A DNA stretch of 64,000 bases, taken from a bacterium. Lineage in GTDB: Bacteria; Armatimonadota; Zipacnadia; Zipacnadales; Zipacnadaceae. A model generated the notes under the pieces. It did not search any database. It was given only the letters and a program-made list of their open reading frames with translations, and had not been told where the DNA came from. Position 1 is the first letter of the stretch. Each line of letters starts with the position of its first letter. The stretch covers positions 5,499 through 69,498 of the forward strand of contig JAUVXR010000010.1 of assembly GCA_030603495.1 (NCBI GenBank), given 5' to 3'. Made by a program: the position numbers and the translations under genes. Of the stretch, positions 1-11,981 are shown one piece after another.

Positions 1-2997
1 TCGATACCGTCGCTGGTCCCGCAGTCTTCACCAGTGATAATCACATCCTGGGCCACATCCACCAGCCGGCGGGTAAGATATCCCGCGTCGGCGGTGCGCA
101 GTGCGGTATCTGCCAGACCCTTGCGCGCGCCGTGGGTAGCTACGAAGTACTCAAGCGGATTCAGCCCTTCGTGGAAGTTGCTGCGCACAGGCAGGTCTTC
201 GATGAGCCGACCCATCGGATCGCTCATCAGTCCACGCATGCCGGCAATCTGCGAGATGTGCGAGCGGTTGGCCCGCGCGCCACTGTCCACCATCATCCAG
301 ATCGAGTTGAACTCGCCAATATTGCTGAGAATATCGTCAACGGTGTCCTCGCGCGCCTGCGTCCACTTCTGCAGGACCTGCTGCTCGCGTTCATCCTCGG
401 CGATGACCCCGGCCCGCGCCTGCCGGTTGATGCGGACCACTTCGCGTTCGGTTCGCTCGATAATCTCGTCGCGCCGGGTCGGCACGTCGGTGTCGGCCAG
501 GCAGATGCTTACACCAGCACGAGTGGCGAATTGGAAGCCGATATCTTTGAGATCGTCCAGCATCTGGGCAGTACGCGCCTCGCCATACTGCTGGTAGCAC
601 ATCATAGTCAACTCGGACAGCTCATCCTTGCTGAGCGGATGATTGAAGAACGGTAGGTCCAGCGGCAGATAATGGTTGAAAATTACCCGACCGACGGTCG
701 TCTCGACCAGCACGCGCCGCAGGCTCACCGTCAATGTCGTCCCCACCGGACACCGGCCCTGCTCACACGCCTGCGCGCCGATACGCGCCACCTCGTGCTC
801 GATCCACTCATTTGTGTCGGCGTACAGCTGGCGATGCCTATTCCCGCCGTTACCGCCGAACTGCTTCATTATCTCCTTGGTAAGAGTAACGGCTACAGTA
901 CGCTTCTTGGGCGGGTGCTCGTCGCTGGCGCCAACAGCGACCACGTGCTTGAGCTGACCATCCAGGCTACGATCTATCTCGACCTCCTTGCCCTTCGTCC
1001 CCGTGGCTGCGACCTCAATGATCGGCAGGCGCGCCGTAATGTTGGCGTGTAAGTCAATCTTGCGATGCTCGTACGCCGTGATGACGGCTTCGGCACTCTC
1101 GAAGATCTTGCCTGTACCGGGGACTTCGGGACTCTGTTGGGTCAGATAGTAGCAGCCTATGACTATATCATACAGCGGTTGGGCGATAGGGCTGCCGTCC
1201 GAAGGCTTAAACAGGTTGCGCGATGCCATCATCAGCACCCGCGCTTCGGCTTGCGCGTAGGCCGACAGCGGCACGTGCACCGCCATCTGGTCACCGTCAA
1301 AGTCAGCATTAAAGGCCTGACAGACCAGTGGGTGAAGTTGAATTGCCTTGCCCTCTACCAGAACCGGCTCAAAGGCCTGGATGCCCAACCGGTGCAGCGT
1401 CGGCGCCCGATTAAGTAGTACGGGATGCCCCTGAATAACCTCGTCCAGCGCGTCCCAGACCTCCGGATGCATCCGGTCAATCATCCGTTTGGCCGTCTTG
1501 ATGTTGGTGGTATGCCCCTCATCAACCAGCCGATTCATCACAAATGGCTTGAACAGCTCCAAAGCCATCTGCCGCGGCAAGCCACACTGATGCAACTTCA
1601 GCTCGGGGCCGACGACGATAACCGAGCGCCCCGAATAGTCCACGCGTTTGCCCAGCAGATTTTTGCGGAACCGCCCTTCTTTGCCTTTGAGTTGGTCGCT
1701 CAGCGACTTGAGCGGCCGCCGATTCGTGCCGGTGACCGGACGGCGCCGTCGCCCATTATCTATCAGGGCATCTACTGCCTCCTGGAGTAGACGCCGCTCG
1801 TGATTGACGATTGATTCGGGAGCATTGATCTCGATGATACGCCGCAGACGGTTGTTGCGGTTAATAACGCGGCGATACAAGTCGTTCAGATCAGAGGTGG
1901 CGAAGCGCCCACCATCCAGTTGCACCATCGGTCGCAGCTCTGGCGGCAGGACGGGAACGACATCCATAATCATCCACTCAGGACGGTTCTTGCAGTTGCG
2001 GAAGGCCTCGACGATCTTCAATCGCTTAACTGCGCGCGCCCGCCGGGCCCCACTACGTTCCTCGATCTCATTGCGCAGCTCGTGAGCGAGTTCATCCAGA
2101 TCGATCTTGGCCAGAAGATCTCGGATGGCCTGCGCTCCCAATCCAGCCTCAAACAGCTTCTTGAACTCCTGGCCCAGACGCCGCGCGCAGATCTCTTCAA
2201 TCTGGCGCAGCTTGCGATACTCGACCTCGGTAATCGCCTGCTTCGGCATAAGCTCGAACAACAGCTCCGCCGCCTCCTCCAGCTCTTGGATGCGCTCGGT
2301 TGCCAACCTCTGCTGCTCCTGGATTCGCTGCCCTAGCTCAGCCTCATCCATCTCTGCAGGCAGCGGCTTCTGGCTGAACCCGAAACCGAGCAAGCCCTCC
2401 GGTGCATCTTCCTCCTCGGCCTCTGCTACCTCCTCGCCGGCTGCACGTCTGAGGCAGTTCTCGTAGTGCTGACGCAGTCGCTCGAGGATCGCATCGCACG
2501 CCTCCCGTATCTCCTGCTTTTCCTCTTCCAGCGCCTCCCGGATCAGCTCGCGCTGCGTTTCGATGGTTTCACGCTCAGCGGCAATGACGATGTACGAGGC
2601 GAAGTAGACCACTTCCTGGAGCACCGGACTGGAAACATCCAGCAGCAGACTGATGGGGCTGGGCACCCCCTTCAAGTACCAGCTATGGCAAACTGGCGAG
2701 GCCAACTCGACGTGACCCATCCGCTCCCGGCGCACCTTCCGTCGCGTAACCTCGACCCCGCACCTGTCGCAGATAATCCCCTTGAACTTAACCTTCTTGT
2801 ACTTGCCGCAATGGCACTCCCAGTCCTTGGTCGGCCCAAATATCCGCTCACAGAACAGGCCATCGCGCTCGGGCCGGTAAGTTCGATAGTTGATCGTCTC
2901 GGGCTTCTTGACCTCGCCGTGTGACCACCGGCGGATGGCCTCAGGTGAAGCTAGTCCCACCGTAATGGCTGCAAAATCAGTGCTGGACTCGGCCAAC
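1..2997 (-). CDS. rpoC: DNA-directed RNA polymerase subunit beta' (partial; C-terminus runs off the window start). TTG start at 2997-2995 gives N-terminus '[55 protein letters not shown]...'
   Basis: I translated the minus strand by hand. It shows canonical beta' motifs (zinc-binding CxxC...Cxx[10 protein letters not shown] catalytic loop, [26 protein letters not shown]). It was not in the ORF track because it has a TTG start and no stop within the window. It lies directly downstream of rpoB, the conserved rpoBC order. Confidence 0.92.
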
Positions 2998-3084
2998 TAT
3001 CTCGCCTCCGAAGAAAAGCTGTTCAGTAGTGAACTATATCTGGCCCGAAAGGACCTATGCAAAACCGAACTGCAGCCCGGCGGA

Positions 3085-6000
3085 CTATTGTAGCGTTCGC
3101 CCGTCGCTGCTCAGGTCAATTGCCTCGCCGTCCTCGCCTTCTACCTTTACGTCCAGCGCCAGGCTTTGCATCTCCCGCACCAGAATCTTGAAGGACTCCG
3201 GTATCCCGGGCTCGCTGATATTCTCGTTCTTGACAATGGCCTCGTAGGTCTGCACCCGCCCCTGGACGTCGTCGGACTTCACCGTCAGCATCTCCTGAAG
3301 AGTATGGGCAGCCCCGTAAGCTTCCAACGCCCAGACCTCCATCTCGCCGAACCGCTGTCCCCCCATCTGCGCCTTACCGCCCAGCGGCTGCTGCGTAATC
3401 AGTGAGTATGGCCCGGTCGAACGGGCATGGATCTTATCCTCGGCTAGGTGGTGAAGCTTAAGGATGTACATGTAGCCCACGGCTATGGGTTGGTTGAACG
3501 GCTCCCCGGTGCGACCGTCGTAGACTACCGATTTCCCTTTCTCCGGGTCAAACTGTACGCGCTGCCAGGCGCGCTCGGTCGCCACGTCCGTGATGAGTTG
3601 CCCGGCCCCGTTCCCGCCGGCTTGTTCCCAAACGTGTGGCTCGATAGCCAACCAATCAGTCAGAGTCGTTAGCTCTTCCTTCTGGTACTGGTTGAGCTGC
3701 TGCGTTATCTCCGCCTGCAATTCCTCGACGCTATCCGACTCGAACTCAAGCAGATCAACGATCGGCTCAAACCGATTCAGCTCCATCTGGGCGTACCCGA
3801 ATAGGGCTTTGTACCGGAGCTTCTGCTGTACGGCCGCCATACCTCGCTTGATCTCGGGCGCTGAATATCCGTCGAAGACCGGACAGACGAAATTCTGTCC
3901 GAGGTGGTGGGCGACATAGCCCAGGTGCGTCTCCAGAATCTGACCGATATTCATACGCGAGGGTACGCTCAACGGGTTGAGGCAGATGTCAACCGGGGTG
4001 CCATCAGCCAGGTACGGCATGTCCTCAACCGGCATAATCTTGGAGATGACCCCCTTATTGCCGTGGCGACCGGTAAGCTTGTCGCCGACCATGACCTTAC
4101 GCCGCTGCGCCACGAACACTTGCACCATTTGGTTGACACCCGGATTAAGCTGGTCAGTGGGCAACTTTCTCAGACTGCCCTCGCAGCGTTTGCACTCGAG
4201 GCGCTCCGGCTTCAGCCCATAGGCGAAATCCGCTTGGCACTTCTTGCACTTGTAGTGGTAGCGCGAAAAGACCCGCGTCGCGATGACGATCCCACCCTCA
4301 CCGTGGGGCACGCGCAACGAGACATCCCGCATCTCTTCGGCTTTCTTCCCGAAGATAGCAATGACCAGCTTCTCTTCCGCCGTCAATTCTGACTGCCCCT
4401 TGGGCGCAACCTTACCAACGATGATGTCCCCGGCCCGGATCTCCGCCCCAATCCGTACTATGCCGCCGTCGTCTAGGTCCCTAAGCGCCTCCTCGCCGAC
4501 ATTGGGGATGTCCCTGGTGATCTCCTCCGACCCCAGCTTGGTGTCCCGGGCCTCGCATTCGTACCTTTCAATATGGACTGAGGTCAGCACGTCATCCAAG
4601 ACCAGCCGTTCGCTAATCAGGATAGCGTCCTCGTAGTTGTAACCCTCGAAGGGGATAAACGCCACGAGTACGTTCTTGCCCAAGGCCAGCTCTCCCTGGC
4701 TGGTGGAAGCACCATCCGCCAGCACCCGCCCCGCCCTGATCTTCTCCCCTTGTCGGACTAAGGCGCGCTGATTGATGCAGGTGCCCATATTTGTCCGAAC
4801 GAATTTACTGAGCACAAAGTTCTCTTCACTTCCGTCTTCGTGCTCGACCAACAGATGCTCACCGTCGAGCTCAGTGACCTGGCCATCCGCGGCAGCGACC
4901 AGCAGCGCTCCAGAATCGCGGGCGGTCGTCGATTCTATGCCCGTCTTGATCAACGGCCCTTCTGTCACCACCAACGGCACGGCCTGCCGCTGCATGTTTG
5001 ACCCGGCTAAGGCTCGGACTGCGTCGTTGTTCTCTAGGAACGGGATTAACGCCGTGGCCACTGAGAATATCTGGCATGCCGAGATGTCCCGGTAGTCTAT
5101 CTCCGTCCTCGCCACCCGCGGGAAGCTCCCGCCATGGCGGACAGTGATCTCATCATTAGCGAACCTGCCACCCTTGCCCAATGGCTCTGAGCTGGTAGCG
5201 ATGCGATAGTGCTCCTCATTCGCCGCATCGAGGTAATCAACTTCGTCCGTCACCCGGCCATTGCTTACCCGATAGTAAGGGGTCTCAATGAAGCCAAATT
5301 CGTTGACCTTGGCGTGCAGGGCCAGGTAACCAATCAGACCGACATTAGGGCCCTCCGGTGTCTCGATCGGACAGATCCGGCCATAGTGGGAGTGGTGGAC
5401 GTCGCGAACTTCCAACTTAGCACTCTGTTTTGACAGTCCCCCCGGCCCCAGCGCGGAGAGCCGGCGCTTGTGTGCCAGCTCTGCCAAGGGATTGATCTGG
5501 TCCATAAACTGCGAGAGCTGCCCGCTCCCGAAGAAGCTGTTGATGGCCGCGGTTACCGGCTTGATGCTGATGACCGAAGCCGGGATCATCTCGTCGGGCT
5601 CCTGACTGGTCATCCGCTCCCGCGCTACTCGCTCCATCCGGAAAAAGCCGGTGCGCAACTGTGCCTGGAGCAATTCCCCGACGGCGCGCACCCGCTTGTT
5701 CTGCAAATGATCAATGTCGTCCACTTCACCCTCGCCCCGAGGTAGCTGCAGCAGGTAATCTAGGACGGCCAGCAGATCCGTACGCGACAACTGGCCGACA
5801 TCCTCGCCAATACTGATATTGAGCTTCTGGTTTATCTTGTAACGCCCGACCCGGCTGAGATCATAGCGCTTTATGTCAAAGAAATAAGCCTGAAGTAGCG
5901 ATTCAGCGCTCTCAATCGTAGGGGGATCGCCCGGATGCATCTTGCGGTAGACGTCAAGCAGCCCCTCCTCCGCCGAATGGGTATCGTCGTCCTCCAATGT

Positions 6001-6891
6001 GGCGTGAACCTCGTAGGGCACCGCCACTACCCGCACCTGTCGCCGGCCCATACTCTCTAGTTTCTTGGCTATAGTCTCACTGATATACCCATACGAGCCG
6101 ACCAGTACCCCGCCCTCACCGCTGGCTATCTGATCGAGTGAATAGTAGACGTCGTAGGCCTCGATGCCCGGCATCCCCCCGGCTTCGCGCTGCGCGAAGC
6201 TCTTCACCAGTGCCTTCACGTCGAGGTAATGATGCTCGCCGAAGTATTCCAGAATCTCCACATCAGTGCCGACCGCCGGGACCTCGGCGCCTTCTGCATC
6301 CTCAAACCAATCCAGTGCACGCAGCAGCGTCGTTACCGGAAACTTACGGGTCTGCCCGGTCTTTACGCTCATGACTCCGCTGCTAGCAGTGCTGATCTCC
6401 ACCCAGGCCCCTTCGGCAGGAATAATCTGCGCTGTATAGAGTACCTTACCTGCCGAATCAATGGTGTCGCGAAAATAGGCACCTGGAGAGCGCGACAGTT
6501 GACTGATGACAACCCGCTCCGCCCCGTTGATCAAGAAGGTGCCTTGCGGCGTCATCTTGGGCAGTTCGCCCATGTACAACTCGCTCTCCTTGATCTCCCC
6601 CGTTTCCCGGTTAACCAGGCGCACTCGCGCGTGGATGGGCTGCTCGAAGGTGATGTCGGCCTCTCGGCACTCCTCCAGACTGCGTTTCGGCTCACCCAGC
6701 CAGTAGTCCAGGAACTCCAACGCCAGAACTCCGGTGTAGTCCTCAACGGGACTGAAATTGTGGAAAAGCTCGGCGAGGCCCTGCGCCACAAACCACCGGT
6801 ACGATTCAGTCTGGATCTCGATGAGGTCAGGCAACAACTCTGCATCTACGGGGTTTTGCTGTCGGGGCTCAAGCGGAATTACCTGCGCCAT
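3085..6891 (-). CDS. rpoB: DNA-directed RNA polymerase subunit beta (1268 aa) carrying a lineage-specific CxxC...CxxC zinc-ribbon insertion
   Basis: A 1268-aa ORF with conserved beta motifs ([47 protein letters not shown]). It precedes rpoC. Confidence 0.96.
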   Translation of the reverse strand: MAQVIPLEPRQQNPVDAELLPDLIEIQTESYRWFVAQGLAELFHNFSPVEDYTGVLALEFLDYWLGEPKRSLEECREADITFEQPIHARVRLVNRETGEIKESELYMGELPKMTPQGTFLINGAERVVISQLSRSPGAYFRDTIDSAGKVLYTAQIIPAEGAWVEISTASSGVMSVKTGQTRKFPVTTLLRALDWFEDAEGAEVPAVGTDVEILEYFGEHHYLDVKALVKSFAQREAGGMPGIEAYDVYYSLDQIASGEGGVLVGSYGYISETIAKKLESMGRRQVRVVAVPYEVHATLEDDDTHSAEEGLLDVYRKMHPGDPPTIESAESLLQAYFFDIKRYDLSRVGRYKINQKLNISIGEDVGQLSRTDLLAVLDYLLQLPRGEGEVDDIDHLQNKRVRAVGELLQAQLRTGFFRMERVARERMTSQEPDEMIPASVISIKPVTAAINSFFGSGQLSQFMDQINPLAELAHKRRLSALGPGGLSKQSAKLEVRDVHHSHYGRICPIETPEGPNVGLIGYLALHAKVNEFGFIETPYYRVSNGRVTDEVDYLDAANEEHYRIATSSEPLGKGGRFANDEITVRHGGSFPRVARTEIDYRDISACQIFSVATALIPFLENNDAVRALAGSNMQRQAVPLVVTEGPLIKTGIESTTARDSGALLVAAADGQVTELDGEHLLVEHEDGSEENFVLSKFVRTNMGTCINQRALVRQGEKIRAGRVLADGASTSQGELALGKNVLVAFIPFEGYNYEDAILISERLVLDDVLTSVHIERYECEARDTKLGSEEITRDIPNVGEEALRDLDDGGIVRIGAEIRAGDIIVGKVAPKGQSELTAEEKLVIAIFGKKAEEMRDVSLRVPHGEGGIVIATRVFSRYHYKCKKCQADFAYGLKPERLECKRCEGSLRKLPTDQLNPGVNQMVQVFVAQRRKVMVGDKLTGRHGNKGVISKIMPVEDMPYLADGTPVDICLNPLSVPSRMNIGQILETHLGYVAHHLGQNFVCPVFDGYSAPEIKRGMAAVQQKLRYKALFGYAQMELNRFEPIVDLLEFESDSVEELQAEITQQLNQYQKEELTTLTDWLAIEPHVWEQAGGNGAGQLITDVATERAWQRVQFDPEKGKSVVYDGRTGEPFNQPIAVGYMYILKLHHLAEDKIHARSTGPYSLITQQPLGGKAQMGGQRFGEMEVWALEAYGAAHTLQEMLTVKSDDVQGRVQTYEAIVKNENISEPGIPESFKILVREMQSLALDVKVEGEDGEAIDLSSDGRTLQ

Positions 6892-7284
6892 AGTATCGCT
6901 AGACTCCTCGTCGGCCGGCCTCGGCCCTAGGGCGCCGGCACCCTAATACGGATGCAGCACATCAGTGTCTCACGCCAAGCGCCCGCTTGCACTGATCTAT
7001 GGTATGCATCCGCTGGAGGTGAGGCTACAGCATCCGGCTATGCGTGCATGCGTAAGGTGTGTGCTGGGATATATCCTCTTAGAAAGATAGAGTATACACA
7101 ATTCTTGGTTTTGTGTCAACCCCCCCCAAGCCACTAAGCCACCATTTGCCCTCATCCGGGCAATTACGCGTTGCTGCTGCTCACCCGGCCACAGACTATT
7201 GCTACCACACAGCAGCAGAATGGCGTTCAGTTCACCCTAGCTCGCATGCGCATCTCTGCTCTCCGGACCTCGAGGAACCACCAG

Positions 7285-8448
7285 CTAGTAGCCAGAGCGT
7301 TTCCCAGCCACAGTCATCTGTCGGTACAGGGCAGCAGTAGCTGCAGCCTGTGCCTCGACCGTGAAGAGCTTCTCAGCGCGCTGCCGCCCGCTCTCGCCCA
7401 GCCGACGCCTAAGCTCCGAGTCAGCCAGCAGGCGATCCATACCTTCAGCCAGTGCCGTGGCATCGCCAGGCGGAACTAGCAGGCCGGTCTCACCGTCCAC
7501 AATGGCCTCATCTATGCCCGGCGCCTGGCTGCCAACGGTCGGTACCCCCACGAAGGCCGCCTCAATCAGGCAGAGGCCCAGCCCCTCTTTCGCGACCGAC
7601 GGTAGCGCCACGATGTCGCAGAGCTGCATTATCGCCACGGCATCCTCCCGGTACCCCAGGAAATAGGTCCGCTCTGCAATGCGTAACTGCTCGGCCAACC
7701 GCGGCAGCCTGGCGGCCAGCGGCCCGCTACCCACGATCAGGCAGTGCAGTTCGGGGTGACGACCGCTGAGCTTAGCTACCGCCTCCAGTAGGTACTTGTG
7801 CCCCTTCTTGGGCGATAAGTGCGCCACTACACCGACCACCGTTACTCCCTCGGGCAGCCCCAGCTCCTCCCGCACCTGCTGGGGGGGCGGGAGGCTGGCA
7901 AAACGCTCCGCCGGGATACCGTTGTAGATTGCGTGGATGCAAGCAGGGTCCACACCCTGGCCGATGAGATGCTGCCGGACGCCCTGCGACGGCGTCACTA
8001 TTGCGTCAGCCATTCCGTACCACCACCTGCGGTTCAGCGCGTGGACGTGAGCCAGAGCGGGAATGTCCATGCGCCGCGCCGCCACGCTGCCCCACAGACT
8101 GGCCGTGGACAGATGTGTGTGAATGATGTCGGCGTCAATCTCCCGAGCCAGCCGGGCAATCCGTCCGGGCGCTGCCAGATTCGTCTTCCCGGCAATCCCC
8201 GGGGTATGCACCTCCACGCCCCGCTTCGCCAGTTCGTCCTCCAGGCGCTCGTTGGCCTTGGTCGCTACCACCACCTGGTGTCCCGCTTGCTCAAGAGCCG
8301 CCGAGAGAAAGACGACCACCTGCTCCGCCCCCGAGTAGCGCGACGGGGTAATGACTTGTAGGATTGACAACCGGTCTGACACGCCGCGAAGCCTCCAGTA
8401 CGGGATGCCTGTAACTTCCTCTTCTGCTGGAAGTTCGCTCTCGGACAC
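7285..8448 (-). CDS. Glycosyltransferase family 4 (GT-B, group 1); the true start may lie downstream of the annotated Met
   Basis: GT4 hallmarks: N-terminal Rossmann 'ILQVITPS..GAEQ', and an EX7E-type C-terminal region 'LPSVAKEGLGLCLIEAAFVGVPTVGS...IVDGETGLLV'. Confidence 0.8.
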   Translation of the reverse strand: MSESELPAEEEVTGIPYWRLRGVSDRLSILQVITPSRYSGAEQVVVFLSAALEQAGHQVVVATKANERLEDELAKRGVEVHTPGIAGKTNLAAPGRIARLAREIDADIIHTHLSTASLWGSVAARRMDIPALAHVHALNRRWWYGMADAIVTPSQGVRQHLIGQGVDPACIHAIYNGIPAERFASLPPPQQVREELGLPEGVTVVGVVAHLSPKKGHKYLLEAVAKLSGRHPELHCLIVGSGPLAARLPRLAEQLRIAERTYFLGYREDAVAIMQLCDIVALPSVAKEGLGLCLIEAAFVGVPTVGSQAPGIDEAIVDGETGLLVPPGDATALAEGMDRLLADSELRRRLGESGRQRAEKLFTVEAQAAATAALYRQMTVAGKRSGY

Positions 8449-8561
8449 CTACCCTCCTGCGATGACCTGAGCATAATCCCGATGCGAATAGAAGGTAACC
8501 GCTGCCCGGCGGCGAACATACTTCATACCGCTAATTCCAAACGCTGCACCCAATTAACCTC

Positions 8562-9671
8562 GTGTCCACCCGAGCCCGAGAACCAAACTTCGAACGATTG
8601 CGCCAGGTGCTGCTCCGTCAGGGAGAGTCGGATCTACTTCCCTTTATGGAGCTAAAATATGATCACGAAATAATGGAGGCGATTCTGGGACGCCCAATAC
8701 CCAAAGCTGGCTATTCCAGTCAGCAACAGCGTAGTGCGACTGATGCTGAAGCTCTGCGGGAGTATTACCATCTGCTAGCCGAGTTCTATCGCCGAATGGG
8801 TCATGATTATGTTCGCGGCCGCCTGGGCCTGATGCTACCCTTGCACGATCTGCACGCACAGGACACCGCGCAACTCGCCAGCGGCAACCGTAGTTGGCGT
8901 AATGAGACGCGCGGTCCCATCAATAGCTGGGAGGACTTTGAAAAGTATCCCTGGCCCGACTCATCTGATATTGATTTCCGTCCACTGGAATACGCCGCCG
9001 AGGCGATGGTTGAGGGGATGAAGGTCATCGGGATGGCCAGCGGCATATTTGAGAACACCTCGTGGCTGTTCGGTACTGAAAACCTTTGCTACGCCCTTTT
9101 CGATCAGCCCGACCTCGTCAAAGCTGTCGCTGACCGCGTGGGCGAACTCTGGGTGGCCGCTGTTGGGGGAATGGCCAGTATGGAAAGCGTGGGTGCAATC
9201 TGTGCTGGCGACGATATGGGCTTTAAGACCGGCACCCTGGTAGCACCTGAAGTCCTGCGCGAATACATCTTGCCGTGGCATAAGAAGTGCGTTCAGGCTG
9301 CCCATACCTACGACAAACCGTACGTCCTGCACAGTTGCGGGGACGTCAGCGCCATTATGGACGATCTGATTGACGACGTGGGAATTGATGCCAAACATTC
9401 CTTCGAGGATGTGATCATGCCCATCACTGAAGTCAAGAAGCGATGGGGAGAGCGCGTAGCCCTGGTTGGTGGTGTGGATGTTGATGTCCTGGCCCGTCGT
9501 GACGAGACCTATGTACGCGACTACACCCGCGAGATAATCCTGGGCTGTGCCCCCGGCGGCGGCTACGTGCTGGGCTCAGGCAACAGCATCGCCAACTACT
9601 GCAAGGTCGAAAACGTTTTGGCTATGTACGATGAGGGGCGTAAACTGGGCATCTATCCTATCGTAGAGTGA
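8562..9671 (+). CDS. Uroporphyrinogen decarboxylase (URO-D) family protein (MtaA/CmuA-like methyltransferase fold), GTG start
   Basis: A 369-aa ORF with URO-D-family features ('VLHSCGDVSAIMDDLIDDVGIDAKHSFED', C-terminal 'GGGYVLGSGNSI'). The GTG start is preceded by the motif cccaattaacct. Confidence 0.65.
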   Translation: MSTRAREPNFERLRQVLLRQGESDLLPFMELKYDHEIMEAILGRPIPKAGYSSQQQRSATDAEALREYYHLLAEFYRRMGHDYVRGRLGLMLPLHDLHAQDTAQLASGNRSWRNETRGPINSWEDFEKYPWPDSSDIDFRPLEYAAEAMVEGMKVIGMASGIFENTSWLFGTENLCYALFDQPDLVKAVADRVGELWVAAVGGMASMESVGAICAGDDMGFKTGTLVAPEVLREYILPWHKKCVQAAHTYDKPYVLHSCGDVSAIMDDLIDDVGIDAKHSFEDVIMPITEVKKRWGERVALVGGVDVDVLARRDETYVRDYTREIILGCAPGGGYVLGSGNSIANYCKVENVLAMYDEGRKLGIYPIVE

Positions 9672-9704
9672 ACAAGCCCAATTAACCTAAGGAAGTGAGC
9701 CACG

Positions 9705-10361
9705 GTGATTGCCAGTATTCGCTCAAAGATATACTTCGTCACTCCGCCTGACGTTGCCGATCTTCGTTGCCTGCTTGACCTGGTGCGGGCAGCCATCCGT
9801 GGCGGCGCGGGCATGATTCAGTACCGCACCAAGAATCGCTCCACCCGAATCATGGTGGAAGAAGCGCGATCCCTGCTTAAACTTACCCGCCCCGCTGAGG
9901 TGCCGCTTATCGTCAACGACCGCGTGGACGTGGCCCTGGCAGTAGGCGCCGACGGGGTCCATATCGGCCAACAAGAGGATATGCCCGTGGCTGACGCTCG
10001 ACGCCTCATCGGCCCACATGCTATCTTAGGCGTCACTGCACCCGTCCTGGCCGAAGCCCACCAGGCCCAGCGCGCCGCCGCCACCTACGTCTCCTGTGGT
10101 CCGGTTTTCGCCTCCCCGACCAAGCCAGACAAGCCCCCCCTCGGCCCGCTGGCGGTGCAACACCTTCAGACGACCATCTCGCTGCCCATCTGCGCCATCG
10201 GTGGAATCACCGAGAACACCTTGCCGCACCTGAGCGAGGTCAATCCCGCTCTCGTCGCAGTATCTTCGGCGATCAGCCAAGCCGCTGAGGCTCAGGCCGC
10301 CACTGAGCGTTTGGTCCAGTTGGCCGAGCAAGTCATACCTCGGCCCACCTTTGGCCCGTGA
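9705..10361 (+). CDS. thiE: Thiamine-phosphate synthase
   Basis: A 218-aa ORF with typical ThiE motifs ('IQYRTKN', '[25 protein letters not shown]', '[16 protein letters not shown]', 'ICAIGGI'). GTG start. Confidence 0.85.
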   Translation: [218 protein letters not shown]

Positions 10362-10467
10362 GACCAGACGGCCCCCCCAGTCCACTCTTGCTCTTTTGCG
10401 GTCTTCGAAGCTGTCTCGTGCCGATATCTCACGGCTGCACTGCCGCTGGGCTACCGTTCTTCCTGCA

Positions 10468-11880
10468 TCACAGATGCGTGGCACTGCCCAGTGGTCCGTC
10501 ACCGCCCGTGGGCATATTGCCGCTGTGAATAGGCATAGCGCCGTTATCATCGTAACACGGCGTCTCTGGCCTTCCGTCGTGGCTCTGGGCATAGTTGAAT
10601 GCTTCGACCATCGAGATATTGCCATTGCCGTTGGCGTCGGCATTAACTGCACCGCTCCCATCCGGCTTCTGGCCCGTCAGGGCGGCGAAGTAGTGGTACG
10701 TGAACTCACCGTAGTGCTGGCTGATGGTGTCGGCCCAGGAAGCCTGAACCGGAGAACAGGAGGCCATCACTATCCGATTAGTCCCCAGCAGGTCTTTCAC
10801 GAAGCCACCGCTGAAGCACTGCTTCATCTGGAAGATCATCTTGGAGTAGTGTGTGATCTTGTTGACCTCGACGGCGAACTCGTCGTCGCTGATGCGGTCA
10901 CCCCATAGGCTGACGGTCTCATCGAATGCCAACATGTCAGTCCTGTCGCCGTCGCCGTTGAAGTCGCGGTTGTAGGCGGCCTCCGAGATGTTTTCTGCAC
11001 CCTCATCACCGTTGGTGTCAATCTGCCCACCATAGATGCCCGGGCCATAGCCGGCGATGGCTTGGGCAAGGAACCCGCCGCCGTGGTCATTTATCATCAC
11101 GTAGAGAGTGTCCGAGGACTTCATCTTCCCGGCAAGCTCGTTGAAGACCGTGGCAATGTTGGCCTTGCTAGCCGAGTAGTTGACCGGCACGTCCGCGTCG
11201 CGGCCGGTGCCGCTGGCATAGATGACGTAGATGTTAGCAGCGGCGTAGCCCTCCGAACGTAAGATATTGTACATCGTCTTAAGGTCACGCCAGTAGCGGT
11301 AGTGGTTGCTGGCGGCACTGCCGCCTCCAACGATAAGCACGGCATACTTCTTGGCCATAAGTAGCGGACCCAATACCCAAGGCTTTATCCTCAACAACGG
11401 GCGATACTGCACCACCCGCCGCGCCGTAGCCCGCTGGAGTATGGTCGGCTGGGCGGTTGCACTTGTCTCCAGAATAATCAATTCAGGCTGCATCCAGGCC
11501 GGATCCTGGCCGCCGGGCTGCCGGAGTACGCCCTGTATCTTGATCGTATCCCCGGACTTGACGCCCGCCAGCGGCGGCCCAGAGAGCAGGATGTACGACT
11601 CCGGCGGCAACTCCATATCGCACAGCGCCCTGTTGTTGTCGTCAATTATCATCGGGACTGAGCCGTCGTAGTAGTATCCCTCCATAACCACACTCTTGTT
11701 CAGCAACTGTAGACGCTGGACGCCTTTGGCCTGGCTAAGCGTAGGTGTCGCCAGCTTGAGTTGCACTTGCACCGGTGCGCGCAGGCTTGGCCCGGGCAGC
11801 TTGACTTGGGTCAGGGCTGGCAGCCCCGTGCTCACCCCCATCACAATGACTAACACGACCTGTAGACTTCGCTTCAACAT
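10468..11880 (-). CDS. Secreted legumain-like (C13 family) cysteine peptidase with an EF-hand/dockerin-like DxDxDG calcium motif
   Basis: N-terminal signal peptide. A His-Gly region ('YVMINDHGGGF') and a Cys region ('IFQMKQCFSGGF') are arranged as in C13/legumain peptidases. A 'DFNGDGDRTD' calcium-binding-like motif is also present. Confidence 0.55.
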   Translation of the reverse strand: MLKRSLQVVLVIVMGVSTGLPALTQVKLPGPSLRAPVQVQLKLATPTLSQAKGVQRLQLLNKSVVMEGYYYDGSVPMIIDDNNRALCDMELPPESYILLSGPPLAGVKSGDTIKIQGVLRQPGGQDPAWMQPELIILETSATAQPTILQRATARRVVQYRPLLRIKPWVLGPLLMAKKYAVLIVGGGSAASNHYRYWRDLKTMYNILRSEGYAAANIYVIYASGTGRDADVPVNYSASKANIATVFNELAGKMKSSDTLYVMINDHGGGFLAQAIAGYGPGIYGGQIDTNGDEGAENISEAAYNRDFNGDGDRTDMLAFDETVSLWGDRISDDEFAVEVNKITHYSKMIFQMKQCFSGGFVKDLLGTNRIVMASCSPVQASWADTISQHYGEFTYHYFAALTGQKPDGSGAVNADANGNGNISMVEAFNYAQSHDGRPETPCYDDNGAMPIHSGNMPTGGDGPLGSATHL

Positions 11881-11981
11881 TTTGATACCTCCTTGTGGGT
11901 ATGCTGCGTCTTCACATAGGTACGATACGGCTTCTCCTTCGCCGCAGCTGCAGACAATACCTCCCCAGACCCAGAAGCCGC

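Noticed and set aside
7121-7128. C8 homopolymer upstream of rpoB (and another C8 within thiE at ~10133-10140) as possible phase-variation tracts
   Set aside because: Single short tracts. The thiE one is in-frame coding for Pro-Pro-Pro in a conserved enzyme. There is no evidence of contingency-locus behaviour.
8449-8561. Possible TPP riboswitch upstream of the URO-D-like/thiE pair (segment 'acctgagcataatcccgatgcgaatagaagg' loosely resembles the THI-box 3' half 'ACCTGATCTGGATAATGCCAGCGTAGGGAA')
   Set aside because: The required 5' half (GGGGTGC...GCTGAGA) and the P2/P3 pairings are absent. The similarity is confined to ~20 nt and is probably coincidental. It would need an Infernal scan to be sure.
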